DNA of 64,000 nucleotides from assembly GCF_006345805.1 (NCBI RefSeq), contig NC_042998.1:65472001-65536000 (forward strand), in the 5' to 3' direction. The notes beneath the pieces were generated by a model. That model was not told the DNA's origin. It made no database searches and worked only from the letters and a program-made list of their open reading frames with translations. This document shows positions 36,884 through 50,989 of this stretch, one piece after another. The stretch's first letter is position 1; the number at the start of each line of letters is the position of its first letter. The translations under genes were made by a program, and so were the position numbers. This stretch comes from Octopus sinensis (Eukaryota).

Positions 36884-39610
36884 ATTTGTGTACGTGTGTG
36901 CATAAGTGCGTGTGTGTATGTGCGTGTATCTGTGATTAAGATGTCTCCTGAAATTATGATTGCGGACATTTATATTATATACTTTATTGAGGCATAATAT
37001 ACTTCTTTAAATGATTTCAAATATTGCAATTTTGCTGTATAACTAGTGATTGCAAACGCATCATTACATATATCTGTACATGAATATTGATTTTTAAGTA
37101 TATATGGACTCTTGGAAATAATATTATTTGTAGTATAAACTAGTATCTTATTTATAAAATATCAAATTAACTGCAGTTACTACCACACGAATATAAATAT
37201 TTCTCTAGAAAACAGATTATCAACAAATGAACTATTTTATTGATTTTTCCCATCTTTATTTACCAAGCTCCAACTGATCACAAACACATCTGAAATTTAG
37301 TTTCAATTTTGTCAATGCAAATTTGATAAATAATGTTTGAAATTGTATTCTAAATACTTCACTATCTAATACTTAGACACATGAAACAAATGGTAATTGG
37401 CGATGCATGAGAGAACTACCTACAACAAAACGTACGCATGCGTCAGTAAATATTTATATATGCGTGTATGTGTAGATGTATGCGTATATATATATAAGTA
37501 TGCGTGTATGTTTACATATGTATATATTTGGTAATAAATGGGGTGTATATTTATCTATCTCTCTATCTCACTATTTTTCTATCTTTTTATCTCTGTATAT
37601 TTTGCATATTATCATTAGAAATATAACTTACGAATTAGTGGATTAACAGTCTTTGTTTTAGGCAAACCACACAGTTCAATACGATACTAAAAACTTTAAT
37701 GGAAATATTTCTGCATTGAATTGTCTGAATGATTGATTGTTTGTCGGCCTAAATAATTGATTGATTTAGATCATGTTTGCGTCTCTGTAATATTCAAAAC
37801 TTTTGTTTCATTTGGAAATTGAATAAACGATATAAATATTAAATCATACACATGGAAAATCTACATAAAAATACACAAATGAGAAATGATTTCTCTATTA
37901 AATCCGTTAATTAATACGAAATGCTGGCTTATGTAAGAACCCATTTTGTAATGGAAATACGTTTAAAATTATCGAACACAGTGTAGCACAGTTATATATT
38001 CATTATAACGATTGCATTCAACGTAGTTATATCTGGAGTCAGAATCTAAAGTTAAAATCGGTGTTCCATTTAACTTTGAATATTAAATCAAGTTCATTTA
38101 TTAAATCTAGTTCATTTGTACGCTGCCGTTCATCAGTTTTTACTGCATTGAATTAAATTGTTTTTCATTTTATATCTTTTATAGCACAAGTTAACTAAAA
38201 TACGTCAAACCATTACGAAAATGTTATGATAAAGTTAGATTAATTCCTATTTGTGCGAGTTACAATTAGTAGTTTCACATCGCTTATCAGTGGATTCAGT
38301 TTGATGCTTTCATAATTTTACATTGGGAGTTTTTGCGATATGACCGGCAGGTGTCGAAATCTAATCCGCATGATTATTTTACTTCTAATCTTTCCCGTCC
38401 ATCGCAATCATTTCAACGAGCTATGGATATCCATTTCCAAAATGAATTTTGCAAATCATCTAATTTAGTTGTTTTTACCATGGGATTTATTAATGCTATT
38501 TGATGAATAAGATTTCCGTTTGAAACGAAGTTTTTGAACCACTGAAATTAAATACGCACTGTTAGTTTTCCCTTAGTTCAAAAGCAGCAACTAACACCCT
38601 TGATGTCCAATGTGATCGGGAAAACGTTAAAAAGATTGAAATATCTAAATTCACAATCTCTTCAGCATAATCTTTACATTATGACAGTTACCTGATATAT
38701 GAGATATTGAATGTCTTGTTCCCCTTTGTTAATATTACATTGGCTTTTAAAAATATTGTTACGGACATTAATTTTTACTGGAATCTTAGTATAACACGAT
38801 ATGTTACCACGAAATGGTTCACTATCTATTAATCATAATTTTGCTAGTAATGTGTAAATGCCCTTTCGGACTCCCATGAATCTACTGTTAGGATTTTAAC
38901 ATAAAATTTATAATTCTTCATGTTTGTTTTATATGTATATCGAAACTGTTTGGTTGAAATTTCAATGCGGTTATTATATACATGTTGCATATTCACAAAC
39001 ATATTTTGTAGATATACATGTGATAGACTCGTGAGTACAAACATAACAGTATTCAAGAGCTTTTAGTTTAATCACATCTAGCCATTGAAATGTTTTTACA
39101 CATTTCATGCAGGCATCGTTTTACAAATATGTTTTATAATATATTCTAAGCATTAATTGAGCGACAAAGAGGACTGCGTGATTTCCGATAAATATATTGT
39201 ACACCTGATATAGATAAAATTTATCTTGTTAGCTTACTTCTTTTGTTATATCTTCATTGTAAACATACCTACAGAACTAGAGTCCTCATCGTGACACATC
39301 TGAGACATAAAAAGGCATTTATGATAAAAAGAATTCGCACATTTTCAAATATGCTTCTAGTCCAACAGACCATTGACACAGATTTTTTTTTATGTCCTGG
39401 CATACAAATTTAAGGAGTAGTATAAATATTTAATATAAATACGAATTACTAACAATAGTTAAATGTAACAAATGTGACTGGACACACCAAATTAATTAAA
39501 AAAATTAAATACCTTCTGTTCAATTGAGGTTGTTCCATCTTCAGTGTGAGAAAAAATATGTGCAAATGTGAATGCGTGTATATGTGTGTGTATGTTCGGC
39601 CTCCACTCAC

Positions 39611-40106
39611 TGTGATCCAGCGAAAGTAATGACCGCCTTCCACGCCATGCTTCCCTTAACATGAAGCATGGCCTAGACGCTGCAGGCTTCCATTCCCAGC
39701 TCCAGTGAACAGGTCTACAACGAGGAGACATTAAAAAGCCGGACAATATGACAGTTTCCCGGTTTTGTGGTGATAGGCTCATTATCTGTATCACCATATG
39801 CTGTCACACTTCCAGCGGCAACTTGGTGTTTTCCAGCTACCAGCTTAGGTGTCACTGCTCGTCAGATTGAGAAAAGAAGCCTGTTAAAAGTATCGGTCAC
39901 TCTCCGATAAGTCAATGGTGGAAATGTTTGCAGTGGAGACCTCCTAGCCTTCTTGGCCCACGTAGCGTATCCTAGCTTACTACTGTCCGCAAATGTGAAC
40001 TCGTGAGTGCAAGTTGTTGTTGTAACGCATATGCCTCGCCATACTACGGGGCAGGCCGATTCCATTTTGTCTGCTGGAGCTATGAGAAATGTTTCTATAT
40101 TGTGTA
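39611..40106 (-). other. Unexplained GC-richer island bounded by strong splice-like signals
   Basis: Acceptor ctttttatttccgtttcAG| at 40108-40107 and donor |GTGAGT at 39610-39605; one 60-nt line counted at 47% GC in AT-rich flanks; no frame open end to end. Confidence 0.3.
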
Positions 40107-42575
40107 CTGAAACGGAAATAAAAAGCATTAAAAATCGACAGATAAATAAAAAAAAAATTGAAATAAACACTTGAAATCAAATACACTTCTAGCAAGACAT
40201 TGGCACTATATCAGCTTTTCTTTCCTTCTTGAACATTAATGAATCTTTGAACAAAACAATTAAAATTCAAGGATATCGTTGAGACTTAGCTAGAAATATA
40301 ATTAAAATATGTGCAAGAGCAGAAATAATATTGAAGGCGTTTCAGTTGCTGTTATGGATAATTCATGACAAATTCGATTGCTATACCTGGACTATATTAT
40401 GTGGCTATATTGTTTTAAAATTTGTATTTCCTCAATTTACAAAGAATGAAGTTTACGAGTATATCAACAGGAGAGAAACTCTAAAATTGAATCTTTAAAA
40501 ATTTTCAAATGTAACTTCATGTTAAAAGAGATATTTAATGATAACCGGAAATTTGCCATATATAACACTTGGAGAGTTTACCAAAAGGAAAACAATGTGG
40601 AGCGCAACTGTTGGACTTATTGGCTCATAATCTGAATTATGTAAAACCTTTCCCGTAATAGTCATAGTGGAAAACTTTGAACATTTGGAAATATAAACTC
40701 ACGTATTAAGTCAATGATTCAAAGACTAGTAACTTTGAAATTTTAATTACATTGAAAGAATAGCTTCACTATGACACGGATGCACAATTTTATGGTTGTT
40801 GACGGTGACTCATACTCATAGATTCTGGAAATATGCCTGTACATTGTAGAAGCAGAAATAACCAATTACATCACGCATTACATAAGAAGTTGGCAAATAC
40901 AGGTATAGTTTTAAATTTTGGTGCAGTAATCTTAATTCATCTGCAGCATAAATATACAGATTAAATATATTTTATACATTATCTGTTTGCGTATTCAAAT
41001 CAGTGTTGTGGAATGTGCGAAACCACATTGCTGTCGGATCAAAATGTTACAGAGATGACAATCATCTGTCATTTATAGATGCATATTCTGATATTGTTCG
41101 AGGCAGATGAAAAATATATATATATAATTATAGAATAATACATGACGCAATTTTACTGCAGATATTGATGCAAACTATGAAACAGAAAAATGCCACTAGT
41201 TAAATCTGATGAGAACTAAATTAATTTAAAATAATTTAATTTAAAATGTTAATATCATGATAGAGATAAAGAAAGAGAGATAAGGGAATTAAAATAAACA
41301 GAGGCTTTAGAACGTGAAATATTTAAAAACAACAGATTTAGATACATTCAAGCGAAGAATGTTGGAGGGAATATTCAAAATGGATTGCATTAATATGTAA
41401 AACAAAACGCATCGCAAACTTCAGTAAGGTAATATACAACAATAACCTAACCTTCCCATGATTAACTTTATTATTCTTATATTCTTAGTATAAAATTAAG
41501 CAATTTAGCAACATGAGATATGAAAACAAGCAACATTTCGACTGCATTTTAACCATTTATAGCATGAGATAACGTCAATTACCTTAGACAATTGTATGTA
41601 CGGTCCATAGTAATTGTGAAAGCAAATACAAATAAGAACATATGAAATATCCCGCCTCGCAAAAAAAAAGAGGAAGAGATAAAATAACGTGTACGTGGAA
41701 AACGACTCTGTCAGATATTTTCTAAAGTAACTGATATTTATGAAACAAAGGCTAACAAACATTCCGTCATTTGCAAATAGAATTATAAAATGTCATAGAC
41801 GAAAACATCATACAAGGCTATAAGTGATAAGACTAATACACAAAAAGTACTTAACGAAAGAAATTCTATAAAGCTGTCAAGTGCCAGTTGTAAATTGAAA
41901 AAGAATGTGTTTTCTGTTTTGTCTTTTTTTCTTTTGTTTTTTAGTGAGAAAATAATGTACCATCATCAATATGAAATGCATCTAATGCATAAGAAAAGTA
42001 AACGAAACCGCAGAACATGTTACATTTGTGAGCAACAAGAAATCATATGGATTCTCAACACACAAACACACACAGACATACACACGTGTCTATCTATATC
42101 TATCTATCTATCTATCTCTACAAAAAGAAGGAAAATAAAGAGCAGAAACACAACCAAACCAAATGCAAACACGAACAAAGCAGGGGGAAATACATCTCCC
42201 GAAGACATTTCAAAACCCAACGCAAACAACAGCCACACCAACACCACAAAAACATATACAGCAAACATGCTCACAGCCATAGACACCAAAAACACAAATT
42301 TGATGGAATACATCCAATCAAAAACAAACATAACAGAAGATGACATAAAAACAAACAACCACCCATACACAACACCACCAGACCACATCAAAATAATACA
42401 CATCTCCAAAAGTCTGCACCACACACTCAAAGGCATTTTCCCCAGTGCGGTTGGTAAATGCCAAAAATATCTAACAAAGAAACTGTACTGGGATCTTCTC
42501 GAGGACAAACCAACGAGGAGAAAGCAAAAACTTTCGAGCAGTAAGTAACCCTCTGTATTCTAATTCATTAGAACT

Positions 42576-43387
42576 ATGATCAAGATTGGTTTGTAAATGC
42601 GCGTGGCTTGGGGTCCCCTTGGAAACAAGGGTACCTCTTAAATGACATAAAGTCACATAAGTTAGAAATCATAGCCATAAGCGAGACCAGACTCCACAAT
42701 CCGCGGGCCCTAAAGACCATGTTTGGCGGACAGTTCAACATTTATTTTTCCCCCTGTCTGCCGAGAATGGGCGGTAGTGGCACCGCGGTACTTTTTCACA
42801 AGAGTCTGGATCTCAATGTAAGGACAATATTCGTAGACCCGGAGGGTAGACTGGTCGTCCTGGATGTCGACGGCAGCAATGGGTGCGCTTTTCGGCTCGT
42901 ATCAGTTTACGCACCGCCCTTAACAGGTCGGGCGGATTTCTTTCAACGTCTAGAAGTTTTCTTGGGAACGTCTCGTCCTTTACTCTTAGTGGGGGATTGG
43001 AATGCTACCTTGGACACGCATGTAGACTACGTGGGTAGAGATAGGAATAGACGGGGATCCGAATGCCTCAGAGACCTGCTCAGACGCTTTCAACTGTCTG
43101 ACAGGTTTCGACTAGACCACCCGAATGCGCCAACGTGGACATGGAGCAACCGCATCGGGTCGTCGAGATCGTATCTAGATAGGATACTGTGTAGGACAGT
43201 AGATAGAGATAGCATAGGATGTCCACAATTCCACATAGTCAGCTACACGGATCACAAACTTGTGACATGTACGCTAGACTTAGGTAAGACACTTAGGCAG
43301 GGTCCCGGATACTGGAAACTAAACGCGTCTTTCCCATCGAGACAAGTTTTCAGAGACCGGATTAGCACACTAGTAAAGAGGCTTTGA
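42576..43387 (+). pseudogene. AP-endonuclease domain of Tx1-like ORF2
   Basis: ATG at 42576 (MIKIG) frameshifts into the NARGLGSPWKQ frame; track ORF 42608-43387. Confidence 0.9.
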
Positions 43388-43715
43388 CGGGAGCCATCAT
43401 CAACAACAAATGGTGGTTTGCCCTCAAGAGAGCAGTAAAAGCAGAAGCGATTAGGTACAGCAAAGCACTAGCCATAGATAGAAATAGAGTAGAGGGTGAG
43501 CTAGTTAAGAAGCTAGAAGAGGCAATTAGAAGCGGCATCGCATCCGACGTTTTGGCGGCGAGGTTGGCCTCGACCAACACTTCAACGCCAAACACGATGG
43601 ATGTGCTGTCAGAGCTAGGATGCGTGCTCTAAGGAACGAAGGTGTGGAGCCGCGAGAGAGGCCCGGGTGGCAGAGGCGCAACAGGGCAACAAAGCCACCA
43701 TTCGGTCACTGGTAG

Positions 43716-45695
43716 ATGAACAGGGGCGCGAATTGCTCGAGCCAAGTAAAATGTGTGAGGCCTTTCAGCAGCATTTTGCCCGACTGTTCGGAACGAGTGG
43801 ACTTCAGTGCCTACCTACATAGCCTACCACGACTCTCGACAAGAAAGGCAGGGTGCTGCGAAGGTGCCATCACGGCGGCGGAAGTGCGGGAAGCGATGGC
43901 AGAATGCTCGAGGGACAAATCACCGGGTTTGGATGGTCTACCCTACGAGCTTTACAATTGTATGCCAGACTTGTTTGGAGATCTCTTGGCGGCGGTGTAC
44001 TGCAACTGGCAGCAAAACGGGAGCATTCCTGGTTTTGTGAGCCGAGGAGCCGTAACACTGCTGAAGAAAGATCTAAACAAGGGAAATGTAATAGATAACT
44101 TTAGGCCCATCACTCTGCTTAATGCAGACTTGAAAATTTTGGCCAAGGTGCTAGCCAAGAGGTTGGCGCTTGTCATCGAGAAACTGGTCGACAAGGCGCA
44201 AACATGCGCCGTGCCAGGCCGGACCATCCATGACAACCTCCATCTGATGCGCTACATCATAGACAGGGTAGTTAACGAACCTGGCATGGGTGGGGCCCTG
44301 ATCAACTTGGATCAATCAAAAGCCTTTGATAGGGTAGACCATCGATACTTGGAGGCAGTCCTGAGAGCGGCTGGTTTCGGTCCCGTCTTCCGCGGCTGGA
44401 TAGCTGCCTTGTACAGAGGCATCCGTTCGGTAATTCGCGTAAATGGACATCTATCGAGACCTTTCGACATTGCACGTTCGGTCCGTCAGGGATGCCCCCT
44501 CTCGGCGCTTCTATACGTATTGACTCTTGAGCCACTACTGCGGAAGCTGGCGACTCTAAGGGGCATCCCGCGAGAATTGGGATGCGGGACGAGCGTGTCT
44601 GCATACGCGGACGACGTCACCGTCATAGTGTCTAGCCACGAGCACATCGAGCTGGTCGGCGAGACACTGAAAAACTACGAAGCGGTGACAGGAGCGAAAA
44701 TCAACCGGGAAAAGTCAGTGGGCTTGCGACTAGGCACCTGGAGAAGCAAGCCCATGCCGTCCACCAGCGCCTCCGTCGTGGGACGCTGGACCGACGGCCC
44801 GGTTGAGTTGCTCGGGGTCTGGTTTGGTCCGGACCTCCAAGTGGAGAAGAACTGGAACGAGATAACGAGTAGGGTGGTCACTCTCGCCCGGCAATGGGCC
44901 GAGAGGAAACTGTCCCTAAAAGGTCGAGCGGAGGTGGCGAACACGTACATCGCGTCCGTCATCTACTACCGCCTGACCGTCGTACCTTGTCCCGACCCTA
45001 CATCACCAAACTACAACGCATCCTCTTTCGCTTCTTGTGGAAAGGATGCGTCCCGATGGTCAGGCGATCCATTTGCTGTCAACAACCCGTTAAAAGGCGG
45101 GCTGGGCATGCCGTGGTTGATGATGCGCAGACACGCGCTGAGACTGCGACATCTCTGGCTCTATGTAGACGACGGTGAACAGGTGTGGTCGCCGTTTGTG
45201 AGGCACGCTTTCCCGCAGCTCGTCTCCATGACCGAACTGCAGTCGTGGATCAAAAAGAGGCCGAGGAAGGGCGAATGGCACCGCGAGTGTCGCGCTGCTC
45301 TCAAGCAACTCTGCCGTCCTGGGTCGACCTTAAGTGACTTCAACACAACCAAAGCATTCTATAGGGGTTTAGTGGAGGGGAGGTACGACGACGAGCTCGG
45401 GGCGAACCTGGACGTCGACGAGGAGTACCTGACCCGCCTGTCGGGACGACTTTCGGGCCAGGGCCCATGGACAACTTCCAGAGATCCCTGGCCTGGCAGT
45501 GCTACCGAGAAGCGCTACCCTTTCGGGATAAGCTCTACAGACACGGCTCGAGAAACACGGGGCCGACCTGCCGAGATGCGGTCAGAGCGACGAAACCGTT
45601 CTGCACGCACTCGTTCAGTGTCCAACAATTTCCGACCTGTGGGCTTATGTCGAACAACTGCTGTCACGTGTGGGACGAGTCGGTTTATCAGCTGA
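43716..45695 (+). pseudogene. Reverse transcriptase region of Tx1-like ORF2
   Basis: RT motifs in track ORF; frameshifts near 43795, 44995-45085 and 45440. Confidence 0.9.
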
Positions 45696-46190
45696 GTCTA
45701 TCGTCAATATTGTCACGCCTCCTTCCTTCAACGGGAAGGAAGAGCTATTTTCATCATCCTTGTGGCTATGGCGAAAGAATGTATCTGGTGGACGCGTCTG
45801 AAAGGATTGGAGACAACACTTTCCTCTCTGGTCAATCTCTCATCAACTTCTTCAAGTACCACTTGAAAAGGAAAGTGAGAGTAGAGAGGCAAGTTTTGTC
45901 TAGCGAATGTTTTAAAAAAGATGGGTGAATGTAGCAAGAATGGCACGTATGAATGACGAAGCCACCTTGAGCATAGTCCTATGAACCCAGAAATCGAAAA
46001 CAGAGAGTTGCTTATTTGCAAAAAAAAAAAAAAAAAAAAAAGAAATATAAAATGTGACTTCATTGACCGAGGTTACCGTGGTCTTTTCCGCAGGCTTTTC
46101 TTTCCACGGGTAAACCTCACCTGGCTCCCCTTTACACTTCATATTGACATTTCTGTGATAACGATCCCTATTGATCATTTTTTTTCCTCT

Positions 46191-46223
<33 letters not shown>

Positions 46224-46454
46224 CCCCCCTTATTTTTGTCCTCTTTCTCTCCTTTTACGATCCCTTTTGATCGAACCTCCCCCTTCCTTTTTTTTTTTTT
46301 TTTTTTTTTAATACCTCAAAAGAAAAGCTCTACCTTGTAATCTGTTCTATCTGTGTGCAGCCTGTGTGGCTAATAAGAAACATATCTATCTATCTTCTAT
46401 CTATCTATCATCTATCTATCTATCTATCTATCTATATCTATATATATATCTATA

Positions 46455-46507
<53 letters not shown>

Positions 46508-46870
46508 GTCTATCCATCTCTCTGTTTATTTATCTGTCATTTCGTGTGTCTGTCTGTCTGTCGATCTAGCTATATATCTATTGATATATAGATGAGTATC
46601 TGTATGTATGTATATATATATATTATATATACAGATTATACGTAGCTATCTATCCATTAGCTTCTCTTGCTCTTTCTCTCTCTCACTCTCACTCTCACTT
46701 TCCCTCTTTTTCTACACATGATTTGATTTGGTTTAGTTTCATCTCATGCTAGGGCACCAACATTCAGTGTTCAATGTTCCTACATAATTTTACTTCACTA
46801 ATTCTTTTTAGAGATTAAGGGTTGGTGCATGTACACATAAATACATCTATACTTACACACACACCGCACT

Positions 46871-46955
<85 letters not shown>

Positions 46956-47177
46956 GTATATGTATGCATATATATATATACACACACACATATATATATG
47001 CATATATATATTTGAGTAGTTGAATGAATTATCTTGTTATGGATAATTCGGTTAACCGATACCTGGGTAGCAAATTCACATCAGAGAAGGCACGTCTCAA
47101 GTTACGTGCTTTCGTGTGGAAATTTGTATGTTTTTTTTAAAATATAAATATATATTCAACTCCATCCTTTAATATAT

Positions 47178-47228
<51 letters not shown>

Positions 47229-47565
47229 CACGGATATGTGGTTGATCAAAAGTCCAACTGCATATGAAAGGAAACCATACCAGTGCATGACACAGATTCA
47301 CTTCCCCCAACCCTTGAAAGTGTTCCTTGTTCATAGAGTGCGGAAACTTGCACAGGCGCACTGTACAGTAGAAAACATACGGCTTCAGTATTAAAGATTA
47401 TTATAATTCATAACAAGATGAATTAAGAAAACAACAAAATATGCATCTTCGAAAAATGTGTAAAATGAGGTAGACCTTTACTATTGTGGGAGTCTAATAT
47501 TTATGGTATATCTTGATTTTGCCAGATTCTCTAGGAATATAAAATAAAGCCATAACAATACGAAT

Positions 47566-47598
<33 letters not shown>

Positions 47599-48311
47599 AC
47601 ATATAAATATATGCATGTATACATATATATATGCACATACCAACATCTATATGTATCTATACATGCATATCTGGGTACAGGACATCAAACAAACGTTGAC
47701 CACAAAGAGAAATGAACATATAAAAACAAAAGCATGGAAACAAACTTTTTTTCAAACAACGAAATAACAGAGTACAAGACATTCAACAGAAGGAATATTC
47801 ACCTTCTTCAGTTGTTCCCGTTTCGTCTACTTCGGACAGATAGATGATAGAAAGGTGGACAAGAAAAATGACTATTAGAAAAACAGGCAAAACAGACGTG
47901 GGCTTCTTTTTTCAGTCAAGTATCAGAAGTCACAACCAATTCGGGCAGTTACACTTGAGATGGTTCGATCTGGTTGCCCCCCCCCCAAATTTCTAAGCTA
48001 AGATCGGTAGCCTCCTTTGTAAGAAAGCTAGCGAATGTGTACTGCAACAAAGACAAAATATCAAACAAAAACAGATAACGTGATACACAAGTATATATAC
48101 ATACATATATTATTACAAATTTGAGATTTTTACTCATGCAACCGCAACTCCTATTTCAGGATAACCTTATTTTATAGATTACACATAGAAAGTTATATCC
48201 AATAAGATAATATAATCATTAAAAAAACTACTATAAAATACAATAACATTATTTTAAAAAATCTATATAACTTCAGTGTTATATATGTATGCATATATAT
48301 ATATATATATC

Positions 48312-48393
<82 letters not shown>

Positions 48394-48394
<1 letters not shown>

Positions 48395-48601
48395 CAGCTG
48401 TAGAAATGAGTTGCGACGTCACAGGTGCCAAGCTGTATCGACCTTTGTCTTTCCCTTGGATAACACTGGTGGCGTGGAGAGGGGAAGCTGGTATGCTTGG
48501 GCGACTACTGGTCTTCCATAAAACAACCTTGCCCAGACTTGTGCCTCAGAGGGTAACTCTCCAGGTGCAAACCCATGGTCACTCATGACCGAAGGGGGTC
48601 T
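48394..48601 (+). mobile_element. SINE family C 3' half
   Basis: tcagctgtagaaatgagttgcgacgtcacaggtgcc... equals the reverse complement of 35201-35395. Confidence 0.85.
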
Positions 48602-48645
48602 AAAATATATATATGTATTTATATATATATATATAAAGATATATA

Positions 48646-48697
<52 letters not shown>

Positions 48698-48700
<3 letters not shown>

Positions 48701-48830
48701 CGTCTTTGGATTTGGTTTGCAAGATTCTTTATATGAGTTCGTGTTTTGAAGCATATTCTGCTGTTCCTGGGGAGAGTCATTTTCTTTTTGTTCCTTATAA
48801 TATAAGACAATCACCGGCAAAATTTCCACT
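48698..48830 (+). repeat. Single copy of the gggagagtcatt dispersed repeat
   Basis: ggatttggtttgcaagattctttatatgagttc...ggggagagtcatt; matches the reverse complement of 21170-21290. Confidence 0.75.
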
Positions 48831-49616
48831 TTATATATATTTATATATATATATAAATGAAATAAATGCTTAAGGAAACTGAAAGAGGTAGCGCATGTAG
48901 CTGGCTAATCGAAGTTGTCGTTTGAGGTAGGCACTAACGTCCATAATTGTATATCGCTTACTATGAATTGTTGATGTTAGGACGCCGCTTACAACTGCTT
49001 TAGAGTGGCCTATAGATTCGTTGAGAAAAATAAATATTAATCGCAATTGTTGTTCTTTTACATAAAAATATATGAATGATGCCTGCCATTATACTTCTTT
49101 GCCCCATATGAATATATGTGTATGACCGTGTGTGTGTGTGTGTACGTGTCTATGTTTTCCTATATTTATTTCTATGTCTCTATGCGTATGCCTGTATATG
49201 TATGTGTGTGGGAGTGTCTTGGTGCTGTACAATATGAATTCAATGGTTCTATTGGTGAAAGATTGATTGTCTAAACATCTCTACGCATTCAATCTCTTAT
49301 TAGACTTAGAAGCATGATAATAGCCAGATATTGCTTTCAAGAAGGGTTTCAAATTTCAAGGTCACAGCTGACTGCACTTAATATATTGGTATTTCACAAT
49401 CAATATCAACACCTTCTCCTGTCAAACATGTGTATTAAATTCACATAGTGATGATTTATTTATATTCGTCTTCATATATCATGCTTTAGTGTGTGAGTTT
49501 TCTTTTCTTGTCTGTGGAATGTTTTTTGTTGATGTCGAAAATCAGACAAAGAAATGATATTTATTTCTTTAATATAGTTTTGTTTAACACATGCACAAAT
49601 ACACACCCATAAACAC

Positions 49617-49684
<68 letters not shown>

Positions 49685-50055
49685 CATACATAAATACATA
49701 CATATTCATATATGTAAATATATATATATCAAAGTATATATATACATATATATGTGTGTGTGTGTGTGTATGTGTGTGTCTGTGTGTGTGTTTGTGCGTC
49801 TGGCCTGCTTGGGGATTCTGAATTTAATACTTATAGCGTTTTCACTTTGTCTCCAATTCAGTGCAGCTGTATATAAATGTTTTCCGTTGTAAATGGTGCG
49901 TCAGACGAATGTATGAAATGAACAGCAATACATTGTCGCTGTTGGATGATGGAATGTACAGTTTTCGCTCGAAAATACATTTGTACAATCAAAAATTCAT
50001 AATATATCGGACTTTTGTTCTCGTAAACGTTTGTACCTAATAGTATGTATAAATG

Positions 50056-50086
<31 letters not shown>

Positions 50087-50407
50087 GTATGTTTGTATTT
50101 ATATAAGAGAGAGATTAGGCACGGAAAGTGTGAGAGAAAGAGTGGTACTGAGATAGTAAATCCTCATGTATGTCGGGAGCGGTAATGCTTCATTTTATGT
50201 TTCATGAATGTAAATAGATTCTTTCCCGAATTATTTTATTTACGAAACTTTATAAGAACATAGTGTTCAGTTATTCATAAATTTATGCAATCAACAGCTT
50301 AAAATTCTTCGAATTGTGTCGGCATTTCTAACTTAGAGGTCGATTATGATTACATTAAGTTTCTACATTTAAGTAAGTTAAATAAATAATTGAATATCGT
50401 AAGCAAA

Positions 50408-50830
50408 TATTAGCGTAGCTGTGTGGTAAGAAGCTTGCTTGCCAGATGCACTGTACAAGGCTCAATCTCACTGTGTGGCACCTTGTGCAAATGTATTTTA
50501 CTATAAATTCGGGCCGACCAAGCCTTACGGTGCATTTATTCATAAAAATTTTAAAGTCCTTTTATCGATTCATTTTACTGGAAATTCTTCAAGGTGGTTC
50601 CCCAGCTTCGCTGCAGTCAGGTACAGGGAATACCTCTAACCATTTTGCCCCGGCGTGCTAATAATTGTGCCAGTTCACCGGCTAACACATTCATCATTAA
50701 TATTCCTTTCAAATATTAGCACAATGCCAGAAATTTTGACGGAAGGGTTTCATCGATTACATCGACCCCAGTGCTCCACTGGTACTCATTTATCGAACAC
50801 CAATGGAGTAAATGGCAAAACCAACCCTGG
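50408..50830. mobile_element. SINE A head (+, 50408-50540) and SINE B fragment (-, 50645-50830)
   Basis: gtagctgtgtggtaagaagcttgctt...cgggccgaccaagcctt; tcgattacatcgaccccagtgctccactggtac. Confidence 0.7.
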
Positions 50831-50989
50831 TGATACACACACACATGCGCGCACGCACGCACGCACACATATATGTAAATATATTCTTTTTCTTTAATAT
50901 TTTACTCTATCGCAGGTTTCAGTTAGGGACTGGCGCCATGCTAGAGCACTGCTTTTCAGTGTTTTGTTGTGTACTTTCGGTACTCCTTT

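Larger units (their letters stand above)
42121..46380 (+). mobile_element. Tx1/L1-clade LINE (ORF1 remnant + APE + RT + CCHC), 5'-truncated, multiple frameshifts
   Basis: APE motifs NARGL, ISETRL, GDWNA, LDRIL, TDH, YWKLN; RT motifs KSPGLDG, FRPITLLN, SKAFDRV, QGCPLS, YADDV; C-terminal C..RCGQSDETVLHALVQC; ends ctaataagaaa before (ATCT)n. Confidence 0.93.

Noticed and set aside
39680-39720. VVDLFTGAG methyltransferase motif I on the minus strand
   Set aside because: It lies in a 24-codon window between stops, with no other methyltransferase motif.
41895-42120. N-terminal part of ORF 41895-42548 as a host gene
   Set aside because: It reads through flanking DNA and the CTAT repeat; only the part after 42121 is plausibly Tx1 ORF1.
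47080-47112. Hairpin gcacgt/acgtgc with nearby GAAA and CTGATGT as a hammerhead
   Set aside because: A9 is absent, there is no stem I, and U16.1 is missing.
47795-47835. GAAA..CTGAAGA on the minus strand as a permuted hammerhead
   Set aside because: No room for stem III, the cleavage triplet and stem I between the two motifs.
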